This document shows positions 14,807 through 24,494 of a stretch of 64,000 bases of DNA, piece by piece. Position numbers and translations under genes: made by a program. Within the stretch, counting starts at the first letter, position 1. The number at the start of each line of letters is the position of its first letter. Source of the DNA: Bacillus subtilis subsp. subtilis str. 168 (lineage in GTDB: Bacteria; Bacillota; Bacilli; Bacillales; Bacillaceae); contig NC_000964.3 in the NCBI RefSeq assembly GCF_000009045.1, positions 3,472,001 to 3,536,000 on the forward strand, read 5' to 3'. Under the pieces are notes generated by a model that saw only the letters and a program-made list of their open reading frames with translations, was not told the origin of the DNA and did not search any database.

Positions 14807-15817
14807 TTATCTGTTTTTCCAAACGTCAGCGATGATTTCAAACGAACGCATTCTGTCTGCGTGTTCAAAGGTTTCTGAGTTAACCATAATTTCGTCAGCC
14901 TGTGTCGTTTTGACGAAATCTTCAAGCTTCGCCTTCACTTCTTCCGGACCTCCGACAATCGTGGAGCTCAGCTGCTCATTGACCATCGCTTTTTCATACG
15001 GGCTCCAGATTTGGTCCATATCCTCAACAGGCGGTTTAAGCTGGTTAGGCGTACCGCGGACAAGATCAAGAAACCTTTGATAATGGGAAGTCGCAAGGTG
15101 CTGCGCTTTCTCGTTTGTATCTGCCGCGATAATGGTGACACCGACCATCGCATACGGTTCGTCGAGCACGTCTGACGGCGTGAAGGAATTGCGGTACAGC
15201 TCCAAAGCGGGAACCGTATTCGCCGGTGAGAAATGGGCCGCGAACGCAAACGGAAGACCAAGTTCGCCAGCCAGACGGGCGCTGAAGCCGCTTGAGCCCA
15301 GCAGCCAAATCGGCACATCTATGCCCTCTCCGGGAATGGCGCGAACTTGATTGCGCACATTTCCTGACGGTTTAAAATAATTGCGCAGTTCCTCTAATTG
15401 TTCTGGAAAATCCTCCCCGCTGTTGATGTTTCTGCGGAGCGCTCTGGCTGTCAATTGGTCTGTTCCCGGCGCACGTCCAAGCCCCAGATCAATCCGCCCG
15501 GGATACAGTGTTTCCAGTGTGCCGAATTGTTCAGCAATGACTAATGAAGAGTGGTTGGGGAGCATAATGCCGCCGGAACCGACGCGGATTTTCTTCGTGC
15601 CTCCGGCAATATGGCCAATCAAAACTGCGGTGGCAGAGCTTGCAACACCTTCTATATTATGATGTTCAGCAAGCCAGTAACGGTGATAGCCCCATTCCTC
15701 TGCCCGGCGCGCCAAGTCCATGCTGTTTCGGAATGATTCTGCAATCGTTCCTCCCTGAACAACCGGAGATAAATTCAAGACAGAAAGCAAGGTATCTTTG
15801 CGTTGGTTGTTAGACAT
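14807..15817 (-). CDS. yvbT: Luciferase-like flavin monooxygenase
   Basis: [20 protein letters not shown] and [12 protein letters not shown] motifs of the LLM family. Confidence 0.92.
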   Translation of the reverse strand: MSNNQRKDTLLSVLNLSPVVQGGTIAESFRNSMDLARRAEEWGYHRYWLAEHHNIEGVASSATAVLIGHIAGGTKKIRVGSGGIMLPNHSSLVIAEQFGTLETLYPGRIDLGLGRAPGTDQLTARALRRNINSGEDFPEQLEELRNYFKPSGNVRNQVRAIPGEGIDVPIWLLGSSGFSARLAGELGLPFAFAAHFSPANTVPALELYRNSFTPSDVLDEPYAMVGVTIIAADTNEKAQHLATSHYQRFLDLVRGTPNQLKPPVEDMDQIWSPYEKAMVNEQLSSTIVGGPEEVKAKLEDFVKTTQADEIMVNSETFEHADRMRSFEIIADVWKNR

Positions 15818-15973
15818 ATTGTTCTCCTTTGCAAATGTGTTATCAGTAAACAGCCCAAAGCTGTCAGGTCATGATTGAAAGAACTTCTATCACACCATAA
15901 CACAACTGCATTCAGGAATAAAAGAATTTGATTCGATGAAATTCGAACAATATAAAACGAACGGTTTGGAACA

Positions 15974-16852
15974 TTATTCTGCTCCAAACAACTCCTTAGC
16001 CATCTCAATAAAGAGCTTAGCCGCCAGAGAAGCCTCCTTTAGCGACGGAACAGCAAGCTGCACATCACGGTATACCTGCGGGTCCAATTCCCTGGTCACC
16101 ACATGCTCTGGCAGCGGCATCCCCGACATGGACATTTCTGATAAAATGGCCAGGCCCAGGCCTTCTCTGATCATACTGATCGAGGTGTTGATGTTATAGA
16201 CCGTGAAAGCTGGGTGCAGCGTAGCACCCGCCTGCCTGAACATATCGATAAATGGTGATTCATAGCCGCCGTCACAGACGATCATCGGTTCATGGTCAAG
16301 ATCTTTCAGCGTAATGGCTGAATGACTGGCAAGCGGGTGATCGTCCCTGAGCACGACAGCCATTTTGTCTTTTTTCAAATGAATGTACTCCATCTCCTCT
16401 GTTGGATACAGAAGAATCCCAACATCTATCATCCGCGTATGAAGCCACTCCTTGACTTCATTTACAGTTCCCTCGTGCAGCACGAGCTCAAGTTTCGGAT
16501 ATTTTTGTTTAAATTCACTGATCAGCTTCGGCATAAAATAAGCCGAGGCAGTTGAGAATGTGCCGATATGGATCGTTCCCAGTTCAAGCCCTTTTTCCGC
16601 TGCTGCTACCTGCTCAACTTTTTCAATGCCTTTTAAGACTTCTCTGATGTGTACTAAGATCTGTTTTCCCGTATCCGTCAGCATCAGGCCATTGCGGCGG
16701 TCACGAATGATCAGCTTTACATCAAGCTCAGCTTCGATCGCAGAAATCGCATGGCTGACAGCCGGCTGTGTCATGTTCAGCGCCTGACCCGCTTTTGTAA
16801 AGCTTCCCGTTTCAGCTATTTTCACAAAAACCTTTAATTGAGTAATGGTCAT
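15974..16852 (-). CDS. yvbU: LysR-family regulator
   Basis: SFTKAGQALNMTQPAVSHAISAIE HTH. Confidence 0.93.
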   Translation of the reverse strand: MTITQLKVFVKIAETGSFTKAGQALNMTQPAVSHAISAIEAELDVKLIIRDRRNGLMLTDTGKQILVHIREVLKGIEKVEQVAAAEKGLELGTIHIGTFSTASAYFMPKLISEFKQKYPKLELVLHEGTVNEVKEWLHTRMIDVGILLYPTEEMEYIHLKKDKMAVVLRDDHPLASHSAITLKDLDHEPMIVCDGGYESPFIDMFRQAGATLHPAFTVYNINTSISMIREGLGLAILSEMSMSGMPLPEHVVTRELDPQVYRDVQLAVPSLKEASLAAKLFIEMAKELFGAE

Positions 16853-16951
16853 AACAATTTACTTATGCTCCTTATAAAAAAGATTCATTTTATTTATCTT
16901 ATGTTCTACCGTATCATATGATGGAAAAGTTCTACAAGGAGTGAATGAACA

Positions 16952-17869
16952 ATGAAGCAGCTCCCAAAAACGCGGACAGCTCTCCTGCTCGCATTTCTCG
17001 TCATCATGTGGGGCGTCAATTGGCCGCTGTCCAAAGCCGCGCTCGCCTATTCTCCGCCATTATTGTTCGCGGGCATCCGAACGCTGATCGGCGGGCTTTT
17101 ATTAGTCATAGTCGCACTGCCGCGTATTCATAAATTACGCTTAAAAGAAACGTGGCCGATTTATCTTGTTTCTGCTCTTTTAAATATTACATTATTCTAC
17201 GGCCTGCAAACGATCGGGCTGAATTATCTTCCGGCCGGCCTGTTTTCTGCAATCGTCTTCTTCCAGCCTGTTCTGATGGGTGTATTTTCTTGGCTGTGGC
17301 TCGGCGAATCCATGTTTGTAATGAAAGTGATTGGCCTCATCCTCGGTTTTGCGGGAGTAGCCGTCATTAGTGCTGCGGGCTTTGGCGGGCATATTTCTGT
17401 CATTGGGGTTCTGCTGGCTCTCGGCTCCGCAGTCAGCTGGGCGCTCGGGACAGTATATATGAAAAAAACAGGCAGCCGCGTCGATTCCATCTGGATGGTC
17501 GCTCTGCAGCTGACGATCGGAAGCGTGTTTCTGCTTATCTCCGGCTTTTGGACAGAAAGCTTTTCGGCGATCCAATGGACAGCTCCGTTTATTACGAGCC
17601 TGCTGTTCATCTCCGTATTCGTTATCGCACTCGGCTGGCTTGTCTTTTTTACGCTTGTCGGTTCAGGAGAAGCAAGCAAGGTCGCATCTTATACTTTTTT
17701 GATTCCGCTCATATCAATCGTGGCCAGCTCCATTTTCCTGCATGAACCGCTCACCCTTAGCCTCTTGGCAGGGCTGCTGCTGATTGTCACGAGCATCTGT
17801 CTCGTGAATACAAAATCAAAAGCGCAGAAAGCTGCGGCGATTGGTATAAACGAGAAAGCTGCACAATAA
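16952..17869 (+). CDS. yvbV: DMT/EamA exporter (putative cysteine/O-acetylserine efflux, also called cyeB)
   Basis: Ten TM segments in two EamA repeats; divergent from the LysR gene. Confidence 0.88.
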   Translation: MKQLPKTRTALLLAFLVIMWGVNWPLSKAALAYSPPLLFAGIRTLIGGLLLVIVALPRIHKLRLKETWPIYLVSALLNITLFYGLQTIGLNYLPAGLFSAIVFFQPVLMGVFSWLWLGESMFVMKVIGLILGFAGVAVISAAGFGGHISVIGVLLALGSAVSWALGTVYMKKTGSRVDSIWMVALQLTIGSVFLLISGFWTESFSAIQWTAPFITSLLFISVFVIALGWLVFFTLVGSGEASKVASYTFLIPLISIVASSIFLHEPLTLSLLAGLLLIVTSICLVNTKSKAQKAAAIGINEKAAQ

Positions 17870-17870
17870 T

Positions 17871-17905
17871 AAAAACCCTCTTGCCGGATGCGGCAAGAGG
17901 GTTTC
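17871..17905. terminator. Bidirectional terminator between yvbV and yvbW
   Basis: AAAAACCCTCTTGCCG-gatg-CGGCAAGAGGGTTT. Confidence 0.88.
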
Positions 17906-17909
17906 TTAT

Positions 17910-19253
17910 TTACTGATGCTTGCGTCCTTTGACCAAATATGCAACTGTAATCAAAAGGTAGATCGCCGCAGTAATGCCGGTAATGACAATTGATGTTGTC
18001 ATGATGACCCCGATCAGAATGGCGAGTAATGCCACAATCGCAAACCATGTCGTGTACGGGAACCATTTTACATAATAGGCCGGTGTTTCCGTTTGCTGTT
18101 TTCTCGATTTTAAATGAGCGAATCCGATGATCAGCCAAATGAATAAAACGGTATATCCCAATGATCCCATTAAATAATTAAATGTTTGGCTTCCTGCGAA
18201 CAGAGAAATCAATACGCCAATATAGAGAGAAGAAGTGCACATCAGAATCGCAAACATCGGTACGTTTTTCGATGAAAGCTTCGAGAAGACCTTTGGAAGC
18301 CTTCCGTCACTTGCCTGTGTATACAAAATGCGTGATGATCCGTATAAACCTGAATTCATAGAAGAAATGATCGCCAGCAGGATGACTGCATTCATGATAT
18401 GATCCGCGCCCGGAATGCCTACCATTTTAAAGACCATCACGAAAGGACTTTCCGGAACGGAATTGACTTGGTTCCATGGAATCAGGCTGACGATGATGAA
18501 AAACGGCAGCAGGTAAAACGCGACAATCCGTGTCAGTGTGCTGCGGACAGCTTTCGGGACAACCTTTTCCGGATTTTTTGTCTCTGCAAGCGTTACACCG
18601 ATAATTTCTGTACCGCCGTAAGAGTAGATGACGACAAGCATCGCCGTGATCAGCCCTGTGCCGCCGTGCGGGAAAAATCCGCCGTGGTCTGTCAGGTTGG
18701 AAAATCCGGATGCTGTATGATCACCGAATGATACAAATAAGAGCAGCAATCCCAGAATAATAAAGATAATAATAACGGTAATCTTGATCATTGCCAGCCA
18801 ATATTCAGTTTCGGCGAAGATTTTAACAGAAAGCAAGTTTACAATCGTGACGATAAGAGAAATTCCTAATGCCAACACCCAGATCGGGCAGCCCGGCAGC
18901 CAATATTGAATGAAAATCGCAGCTACAACAGCTTCAGCCGCAATGTTAAGCACCCACATTTTCCAGTAGATCCAGTCCAAAAAGTAAGCAGCGTAATTTC
19001 CCAATACCTGCTGGACAAGATCACGGAAGGTTCTGGCGTTACGGTTTCGAACAGCCATTTCCGCCAGCCCCTGCATAATAAACAGCAAAATAATCCCGCC
19101 GAGCAGGTATGCGATAATGACAGATGGCCCTGCCACATCGATCGCTGAGCTGCTCCCCTTAAATAAACCTGCGCCGATTGCTCCGCCCAGCGCCATCATC
19201 ATAATATGGCGGGACGTCATCGTGCGTTTTAACGTTTGATTGTCGTTTTTCAT
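17910..19253 (-). CDS. yvbW: APC-family amino acid permease (probable Leu/branched-chain)
   Basis: MMALGGAIGAGLF, FAETEYW and YGGTEIIG motifs; preceded by a Leu T-box. Confidence 0.92.
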   Translation of the reverse strand: MKNDNQTLKRTMTSRHIMMMALGGAIGAGLFKGSSSAIDVAGPSVIIAYLLGGIILLFIMQGLAEMAVRNRNARTFRDLVQQVLGNYAAYFLDWIYWKMWVLNIAAEAVVAAIFIQYWLPGCPIWVLALGISLIVTIVNLLSVKIFAETEYWLAMIKITVIIIFIILGLLLLFVSFGDHTASGFSNLTDHGGFFPHGGTGLITAMLVVIYSYGGTEIIGVTLAETKNPEKVVPKAVRSTLTRIVAFYLLPFFIIVSLIPWNQVNSVPESPFVMVFKMVGIPGADHIMNAVILLAIISSMNSGLYGSSRILYTQASDGRLPKVFSKLSSKNVPMFAILMCTSSLYIGVLISLFAGSQTFNYLMGSLGYTVLFIWLIIGFAHLKSRKQQTETPAYYVKWFPYTTWFAIVALLAILIGVIMTTSIVITGITAAIYLLITVAYLVKGRKHQ

Positions 19254-19280
19254 CCTCTTCTACCTCTCCTTCTCGTTTTC

Positions 19281-19545
19281 AAAAACAAAAAAGCCCGCCG
19301 TCTCCTACCTAATCTAATAGATAAAGAGACGACGAGCCTTCGGCTGACCGCGGTACCACTCTTGTTGATTCTTCATGAAGAATCCTGCTTTTGACCTGTA
19401 ACGAAGGTTAGCCGTTAAAACATAGGGAATATTCAATCTATTCCGTTCCGTCTTACCACTCCCGGGCGAGTTCAAAGAAGAATCAGGCTGCGTCGCACCA
19501 CCCCGCAGCTCTCTGTTCTGATCACTTTCTTTTACTGCTCCCAAT
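19281..19545 (-). ncRNA. T-box riboswitch, leucine specifier CUC
   Basis: Minus strand: AGAGA and GGUG boxes; GAA-CUC specifier (CUC at 19468-19470); T-box AAGAGUGGUACCGCG (19349-19363); terminator GCUCGUCGUCUC...GAGACGGCGGGC-U-tract (19281-19337). Confidence 0.92.
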
Positions 19546-19601
19546 CTATGTGTTTTAGTTTTCTGAAAAACTCAAATTTTATGATCTGAATATATTAACA
19601 T

Positions 19602-19630
19602 AATATACGTGCTTCTCTTTTAACTGTCAA
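19602..19630 (-). promoter_or_regulatory. SigA promoter of yvbW
   Basis: TTGACA-17-TATATT. Confidence 0.75.
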
Positions 19631-19654
19631 TAACTTCAGAGAAAAAAGAAACTG

Positions 19655-20689
19655 TTATTTTGTCCCTTTTCGAATGGCTTTCCAAAAGGATTCTGACTCG
19701 TTTCCTAATGCGTAAACTGAAACACCTGCTATTTTATATTGCTTTGCCAGATGGCTTTTCGTTTGAACGGTTTTTTCGTTTTCATACCACACGACATGTT
19801 TATGCTTCTTTTTGTCAACATAAGAAAACGTCATCGAGCCTGATTTTTTGTTGAATGCCGGCTTTGCTTTTTGTTTTTTGATGAGGGATTTGAGCTCATT
19901 CCATTCCCTTATTGTGCTGGTACTTCCGTCTTTTACATCCCAGTCATAGCCGTACGCAGGGATTCCCATGATGACTTTATTGGCTTTGATCTTTTTGACT
20001 GAAAACTGCAGAGAGCTTTTGATCCAGTTTGTGCTTGCCACTGACCCCGGCTCACCCCAAATGCCGTGTTCATCGTAGGTCATGACTTGTACGAAGTCGG
20101 CATATTTGCCGATTTTCGCATAATCATACGGCCAGCTCCAGTCATCATTTTTATCATCGGCGCTTTTGGCCGGAACGGATACCATTGTTTTAATATGTTT
20201 CTTATTCAAAGCCTGTGAGACATATTGAATGAAGTTCGAGTATGCAGCGCGGTCTTCTGGATTTACTGCTTCAAAATCGATATTGATTCCGTAATATGAG
20301 TGCTTTTTGGCCAGTGTAATTAACTGATCTGTGAATCGTTTTTTCGCTGTTTTATTGCTCATGACCCGACTCGCTAAATCTCCGTCAAAATCATAAATGG
20401 CATCATTATAGTTTGAAATGACAGCCCATGTCTTGATTTTTTTCTTTTTCGCATATGTCAGCTGCTTAGTTGGGGCATCGCCAATGATTTGTCCGTTTTT
20501 TTCAAACGCAAATGTATCGGTTGCGATGGCATTCATGTATGTATGATATTTCGTAAGAGAATTGTATGAAGCCGTATCCCCAGTCGTGTAGCCTACTGTC
20601 ATACCGGCTGCCTTCGCTTCTCCTTTTGTATACATAAACAGAACAATCGCAATCGCCAGTGAAACCGCTATGATCAGCCATTTTTTCAT
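19655..20689 (-). CDS. yvbX: Secreted GH18-family glycoside hydrolase
   Basis: Signal peptide ending KAKA; catalytic GINIDFE; QVMTYD and MGIPAYGYDW motifs. Confidence 0.88.
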   Translation of the reverse strand: MKKWLIIAVSLAIAIVLFMYTKGEAKAAGMTVGYTTGDTASYNSLTKYHTYMNAIATDTFAFEKNGQIIGDAPTKQLTYAKKKKIKTWAVISNYNDAIYDFDGDLASRVMSNKTAKKRFTDQLITLAKKHSYYGINIDFEAVNPEDRAAYSNFIQYVSQALNKKHIKTMVSVPAKSADDKNDDWSWPYDYAKIGKYADFVQVMTYDEHGIWGEPGSVASTNWIKSSLQFSVKKIKANKVIMGIPAYGYDWDVKDGSTSTIREWNELKSLIKKQKAKPAFNKKSGSMTFSYVDKKKHKHVVWYENEKTVQTKSHLAKQYKIAGVSVYALGNESESFWKAIRKGTK

Positions 20690-20760
20690 CGCATTTCCTC
20701 CTGTATCAAGTCATACTCTTCTCATCGGCCAAAAAATTGGAAGTTGAAGTTTTTTCAAGC

Positions 20761-20789
20761 AAAAAGCCCGGCATATGCCTGCCGGGCTT
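20761..20789 (-). terminator. lutABC terminator
   Basis: AAAAAGCCCGGCA...TGCCGGGCTT. Confidence 0.85.
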
Positions 20790-20796
20790 CCTGAGT

Positions 20797-21519
20797 TCAG
20801 CGGTCAGAGACGAGAATATATGCTGCCTTTACTGGTCCATGCACCCCCACAACTAAATCCATTTCAATGTCGGCTGAGTTACTCGGTCCGGTAATGTAGT
20901 TGATACATGAAGGAACAGTGACACCGTTCGCAATGTTTTGGCGGATGATATCACTGGCTTGTGTCATTCTCGGTACAATGCTTGATTTCGGCACGATCGC
21001 AATATAAGTCGTTGGCAAAAGGCTGACAGAGCGGCCGATGTCTTTTGAGGAGAAGAGGACAACCGTCCCCGACTCAGCCAATGTAATTTCGCTGAATGTA
21101 ATCCCTACATTGGCTTGCTCCGCTTTTTTAATATTTTCCTCGCCTTTGTCAGCATCCCACTCCCAGACCGGCGTTCCTTCACTCGGCCAGTCCTTGGTGA
21201 GCAGGCTTTTCAGTCCGTATTCTTCAAAGCGGGGGTCCTTCGGAATGATGACAGGGCCTCCAGAAAAGCGGCTGACTTGCTCGCGCAGGGCATCGTAAAG
21301 GCCGGTTGAATCCGTTTCAATCAGCTCTGTATGGATTTTGACACAATGGTTTTTGAGCACTGTGACTAAGTCATCCGCTGAATAACCTTCAAGTGTTTTA
21401 TATTGCGGCTGATGCGCCCATTCAGGGACTGCCACGCCTCCTGTTCTTCGTTCACGGCCCAGGCTGGATGCGATTCGGTTTAAAAAGCTCTCTTGATTCT
21501 GAATGGTTCCCTTCGTCAT
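20797..21519 (-). CDS. lutC: L-lactate utilisation protein C (LUD domain), 240 aa
   Basis: AESGTVVL, RSVSLLP and ITGPSNSADIE motifs; TGATG coupling with lutB. Confidence 0.95.
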   Translation of the reverse strand: MTKGTIQNQESFLNRIASSLGRERRTGGVAVPEWAHQPQYKTLEGYSADDLVTVLKNHCVKIHTELIETDSTGLYDALREQVSRFSGGPVIIPKDPRFEEYGLKSLLTKDWPSEGTPVWEWDADKGEENIKKAEQANVGITFSEITLAESGTVVLFSSKDIGRSVSLLPTTYIAIVPKSSIVPRMTQASDIIRQNIANGVTVPSCINYITGPSNSADIEMDLVVGVHGPVKAAYILVSDR

Positions 21520-22958
21520 CACTGCTCCTCCTTCGTGCGTTCACTTGTTTCTCTGTCCGCAAACCAGTCTCTGAATCTCGATTTATGCGGTGCCGGGAAG
21601 TCGCGAATCTGGGTCCAATTTTTAAGCGGGCCGGGCCCTTTCGAAATTTTTTCGTCCTCTGTAAAAGGCGTCATGGCGGCCGGCGCCCATTTTGAGCCCA
21701 TTTTGTAAAGCGATAAGGAGGATGCGCCAAGTCCGAATGCTTTCATTGCAAGCTTTTCACTGATCGGCGCCCTGCCTTCTTTTTCGACGATATTCTGACG
21801 ATGCTTGAGTAGCAGCTCATGAAGCGGGATTTTGACCGGGCAGGCTTCTGAACAAGCAGCGCACAGTGAAGATGCGTACGGCAGCTCCTTATAATCGTCA
21901 TAACCGCCGAGCAACGGTGATAAAACAGCTCCGATCGGCCCCGAGTAGATTGAGCCGTATGAATGTCCGCCGACATGGCGGTACACAGGACAGACATTGA
22001 TACAGGCGGCACAGCGGATACATTGCAGCACAGACTGGAATTCCGTTCCAAGGATATTGGATCGTCCATTATCAACGATGACAAGATGGAATTCTTCCGG
22101 ACCGTCCACTTCACCTTCCAGCTTCGGACCCGTCAAAGCTGTAATATAGCTTGTCAGCCGCTGTCCGACAGCACTTCTAGTCAGCATGCTGACTAGCACT
22201 TCAAATTCAGAAAATGACGGGACAATCCGCTCCATTCCCATGACGGTAATTTGTGTTTTCGGCAAGGTGCTCACAAGCCGTCCATTTCCTTCATTGGTCA
22301 CAAGGCTGACGGAACCCGTGTCAGCGATGGCGAAGTTACAGCCGGTAATGCCGATATCCGCTTCCAGAAACTTTTTCCGGAGAATGGCGCGCGCATGCAT
22401 CACCAGCTCTTCCGGTTTTTCTGTATGTTGATAGTCCAGTCTTTCTTTAAACACATCGCGTATCTGCTCTTTATTTTTATGAAGAGCGGGCGCTACGATA
22501 TGTGACGGCGGATCGTGATCATCAATCTGCAAAATATACTCGCCGAGATCGGTTTCTACGACTTCACAGCCTTCCTTCTCCAGCACCTCATTCAGATTGA
22601 TTTCCTCTGTGACCATTGATTTAGATTTCACAATTTTCTTCCCGTTCTTCTTTTGAATGACATCCCGAATATAGGAAGACGCCTCTTCCGCTGTTTTCGC
22701 GAAATAGACATGTCCGCCTCTTTTCGCCACATTTTCGGCAAGCTGTCCGAGATAGAAATCAAGGTTTTCAAGGACATGCTGCCTGATTTCCTCTGATAAT
22801 GAGCGCCACTCCTCCCAGTTTCCCAGTTCTTCTGCTGCCTCTAGGCGCCGCGTCCGCAGACGCTCCTGTGCACCTGAAACAGCGCCTCTCATAAATTCAT
22901 TATCAATCCCCTGTGATACCCGCTCTTTAAAAGCGTCAGTACCGATTTTCATCGCCAT
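21519..22958 (-). CDS. lutB: L-lactate utilisation Fe-S protein B
   Basis: [12 protein letters not shown] and [12 protein letters not shown] 4Fe-4S motifs. Confidence 0.96.
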   Translation of the reverse strand: MAMKIGTDAFKERVSQGIDNEFMRGAVSGAQERLRTRRLEAAEELGNWEEWRSLSEEIRQHVLENLDFYLGQLAENVAKRGGHVYFAKTAEEASSYIRDVIQKKNGKKIVKSKSMVTEEINLNEVLEKEGCEVVETDLGEYILQIDDHDPPSHIVAPALHKNKEQIRDVFKERLDYQHTEKPEELVMHARAILRKKFLEADIGITGCNFAIADTGSVSLVTNEGNGRLVSTLPKTQITVMGMERIVPSFSEFEVLVSMLTRSAVGQRLTSYITALTGPKLEGEVDGPEEFHLVIVDNGRSNILGTEFQSVLQCIRCAACINVCPVYRHVGGHSYGSIYSGPIGAVLSPLLGGYDDYKELPYASSLCAACSEACPVKIPLHELLLKHRQNIVEKEGRAPISEKLAMKAFGLGASSLSLYKMGSKWAPAAMTPFTEDEKISKGPGPLKNWTQIRDFPAPHKSRFRDWFADRETSERTKEEQ

Positions 22959-22984
22959 GATCCTTTCCCCCTCTGAATCCAGTT

Positions 22985-23701
22985 TTATCTGCTGTTGAGC
23001 ACTTCGGCGATGTGCATCACTTTGACATTCTTATCTTTTCGGCCAAGCCGTCCCCCGATATTCATCAAACAGCCGCAGTCAGCACCGATCAGCACCTCTG
23101 CTCCCGTTTCCTCCACACATTCGACTTTTTCATCGACCATCTGCTCAGAAATCTGCGCCATCTTGACTGAGAACGTTCCTCCGAATCCGCAGCAGTTATG
23201 TTTGCCCGGAAGCTCTGTAAACTGCAGGCCCTTCACATGGCTCAACAGCTTCATCGGCTCCTTCCGAACACCCAGCAGCCTAGTCATATGGCACGACGTA
23301 TGTAAGGTCGCTTTTGTATGAAGGGTCGCGCCGACATCCTCTACCCCAAGGACGTTCACAATAAAATCTGTCAGTTCATACGTTTTATCCGCCAGCTTTT
23401 TCGCTTTATCGGCCCATTTCGGATCATCCTGAAACAGGTGCGGATACTCCCGGAACATCGTTGTGCAGGAACCCGAAGGACTGACAACATATTCGGAATC
23501 CTGAAACGTTTCGATCATCCGTTTCATTGCTTTTTTGGCGTCATGTACATAGCCGCTGTTGTAAGCCGGCTGTCCGCAGCAAATCTGCCCTTCTGGAAAA
23601 TCAACCTCGCACCCAAGCCGCTCCAGCAGCTCAACCGTTGCTTTTCCGACATTTGTTTGAAACATATCAACAAGACAAGTGACAAAAAGTGAGACTTTCA
23701 T
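22985..23701 (-). CDS. lutA: L-lactate utilisation protein A (two CCG domains), 238 aa
   Basis: QICCGQP and NCCGFGGTF; ATG 23701 with GAGAGGGG RBS. Confidence 0.96.
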   Translation of the reverse strand: MKVSLFVTCLVDMFQTNVGKATVELLERLGCEVDFPEGQICCGQPAYNSGYVHDAKKAMKRMIETFQDSEYVVSPSGSCTTMFREYPHLFQDDPKWADKAKKLADKTYELTDFIVNVLGVEDVGATLHTKATLHTSCHMTRLLGVRKEPMKLLSHVKGLQFTELPGKHNCCGFGGTFSVKMAQISEQMVDEKVECVEETGAEVLIGADCGCLMNIGGRLGRKDKNVKVMHIAEVLNSR

Positions 23702-23732
23702 GATGAACCCCTCTCTCATCCCCAATATATGA

Positions 23733-23753
23733 TCAGGTCATCTGATGACCTGA
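23733..23753. promoter_or_regulatory. LutR operator of lutABC
   Basis: Perfect dyad TCAGGTCATC-T-GATGACCTGA; core TCATCTGATGA repeated upstream of lutP. Confidence 0.85.
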
Positions 23754-23875
23754 GTTAAAATAACTATATGAATATCGTACACTATTCTGACAATGGAAGG
23801 AAAGAGTTTTCTAGGGATATTTTCATTTGTGGCATATCAAAAACACTCCCGATCTCCCAGGAGTGCAGTATATGG

Positions 23876-24478
23876 TTAGATCCAGCCCTTTTCCTCAGCG
23901 ATGCTGGCGGCTTCTGTCCGATTTTTCGCATTAAGCTTTTGGATGATTTCTGAGATATAGTTTCGAACTGTGCCTTGAGATAAATAGAGCTCCAGCGTAA
24001 TGTCTTTTGTTGTCTTGCCTAAAGCCGCAAGCCTCAGAATTTCTTGCTCTCTAACGGTTAGCGGATTTTCGTCTCGCATCATATTAAACGTCAGCTCAGG
24101 GCTGAAGACACGTTTTCCCTTTACACATTTTCGAATGGCATCGGCCAGATCGTCAATTTCACCGTCTTTCAGCAGATAGCCATGTGCACCGGCCTTTACG
24201 GCGCGTTCAAAATATCCGGGGCGGGCAAAGGTGGTTAAAATAATGACCTTGCTGACGCAGCCTTTTTTCATTAATTCCTCTGCCACATTCAGCCCGCTTC
24301 GAACCGGCATTTCAATGTCCATAATGCATACATCCGGCTCCAGCTTCAAAATAGCATGTAGCGCCTCTTCCCCGTTTAATGCTTGTCCGATGACTGTCAT
24401 ATCCTCTTCTAAATCAAGCAAAGATCCCAAAGCGCCTAAAAGCATTCGCTGGTCCTCAGCAATAAACAGACGAATCAT
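23876..24478 (-). CDS. yvfU: NarL/DesR-family response regulator
   Basis: IMDIEMP receiver domain plus LuxR HTH (LSQGTVRNYISEI). Confidence 0.95.
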   Translation of the reverse strand: MIRLFIAEDQRMLLGALGSLLDLEEDMTVIGQALNGEEALHAILKLEPDVCIMDIEMPVRSGLNVAEELMKKGCVSKVIILTTFARPGYFERAVKAGAHGYLLKDGEIDDLADAIRKCVKGKRVFSPELTFNMMRDENPLTVREQEILRLAALGKTTKDITLELYLSQGTVRNYISEIIQKLNAKNRTEAASIAEEKGWI

Positions 24479-24494
24479 TCTTTTCGTCCTCCAA

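Noticed and set aside
15878-15884. Single AAAGAAC SinR-like heptamer upstream of yvbT
   Set aside because: An isolated 7-mer is expected by chance; no partner box.
16850-16867. CATAA-N8-TTATG dyad at the yvbU start as a LysR site
   Set aside because: Spacing is T-N12-A rather than the canonical T-N11-A; too weak to call.
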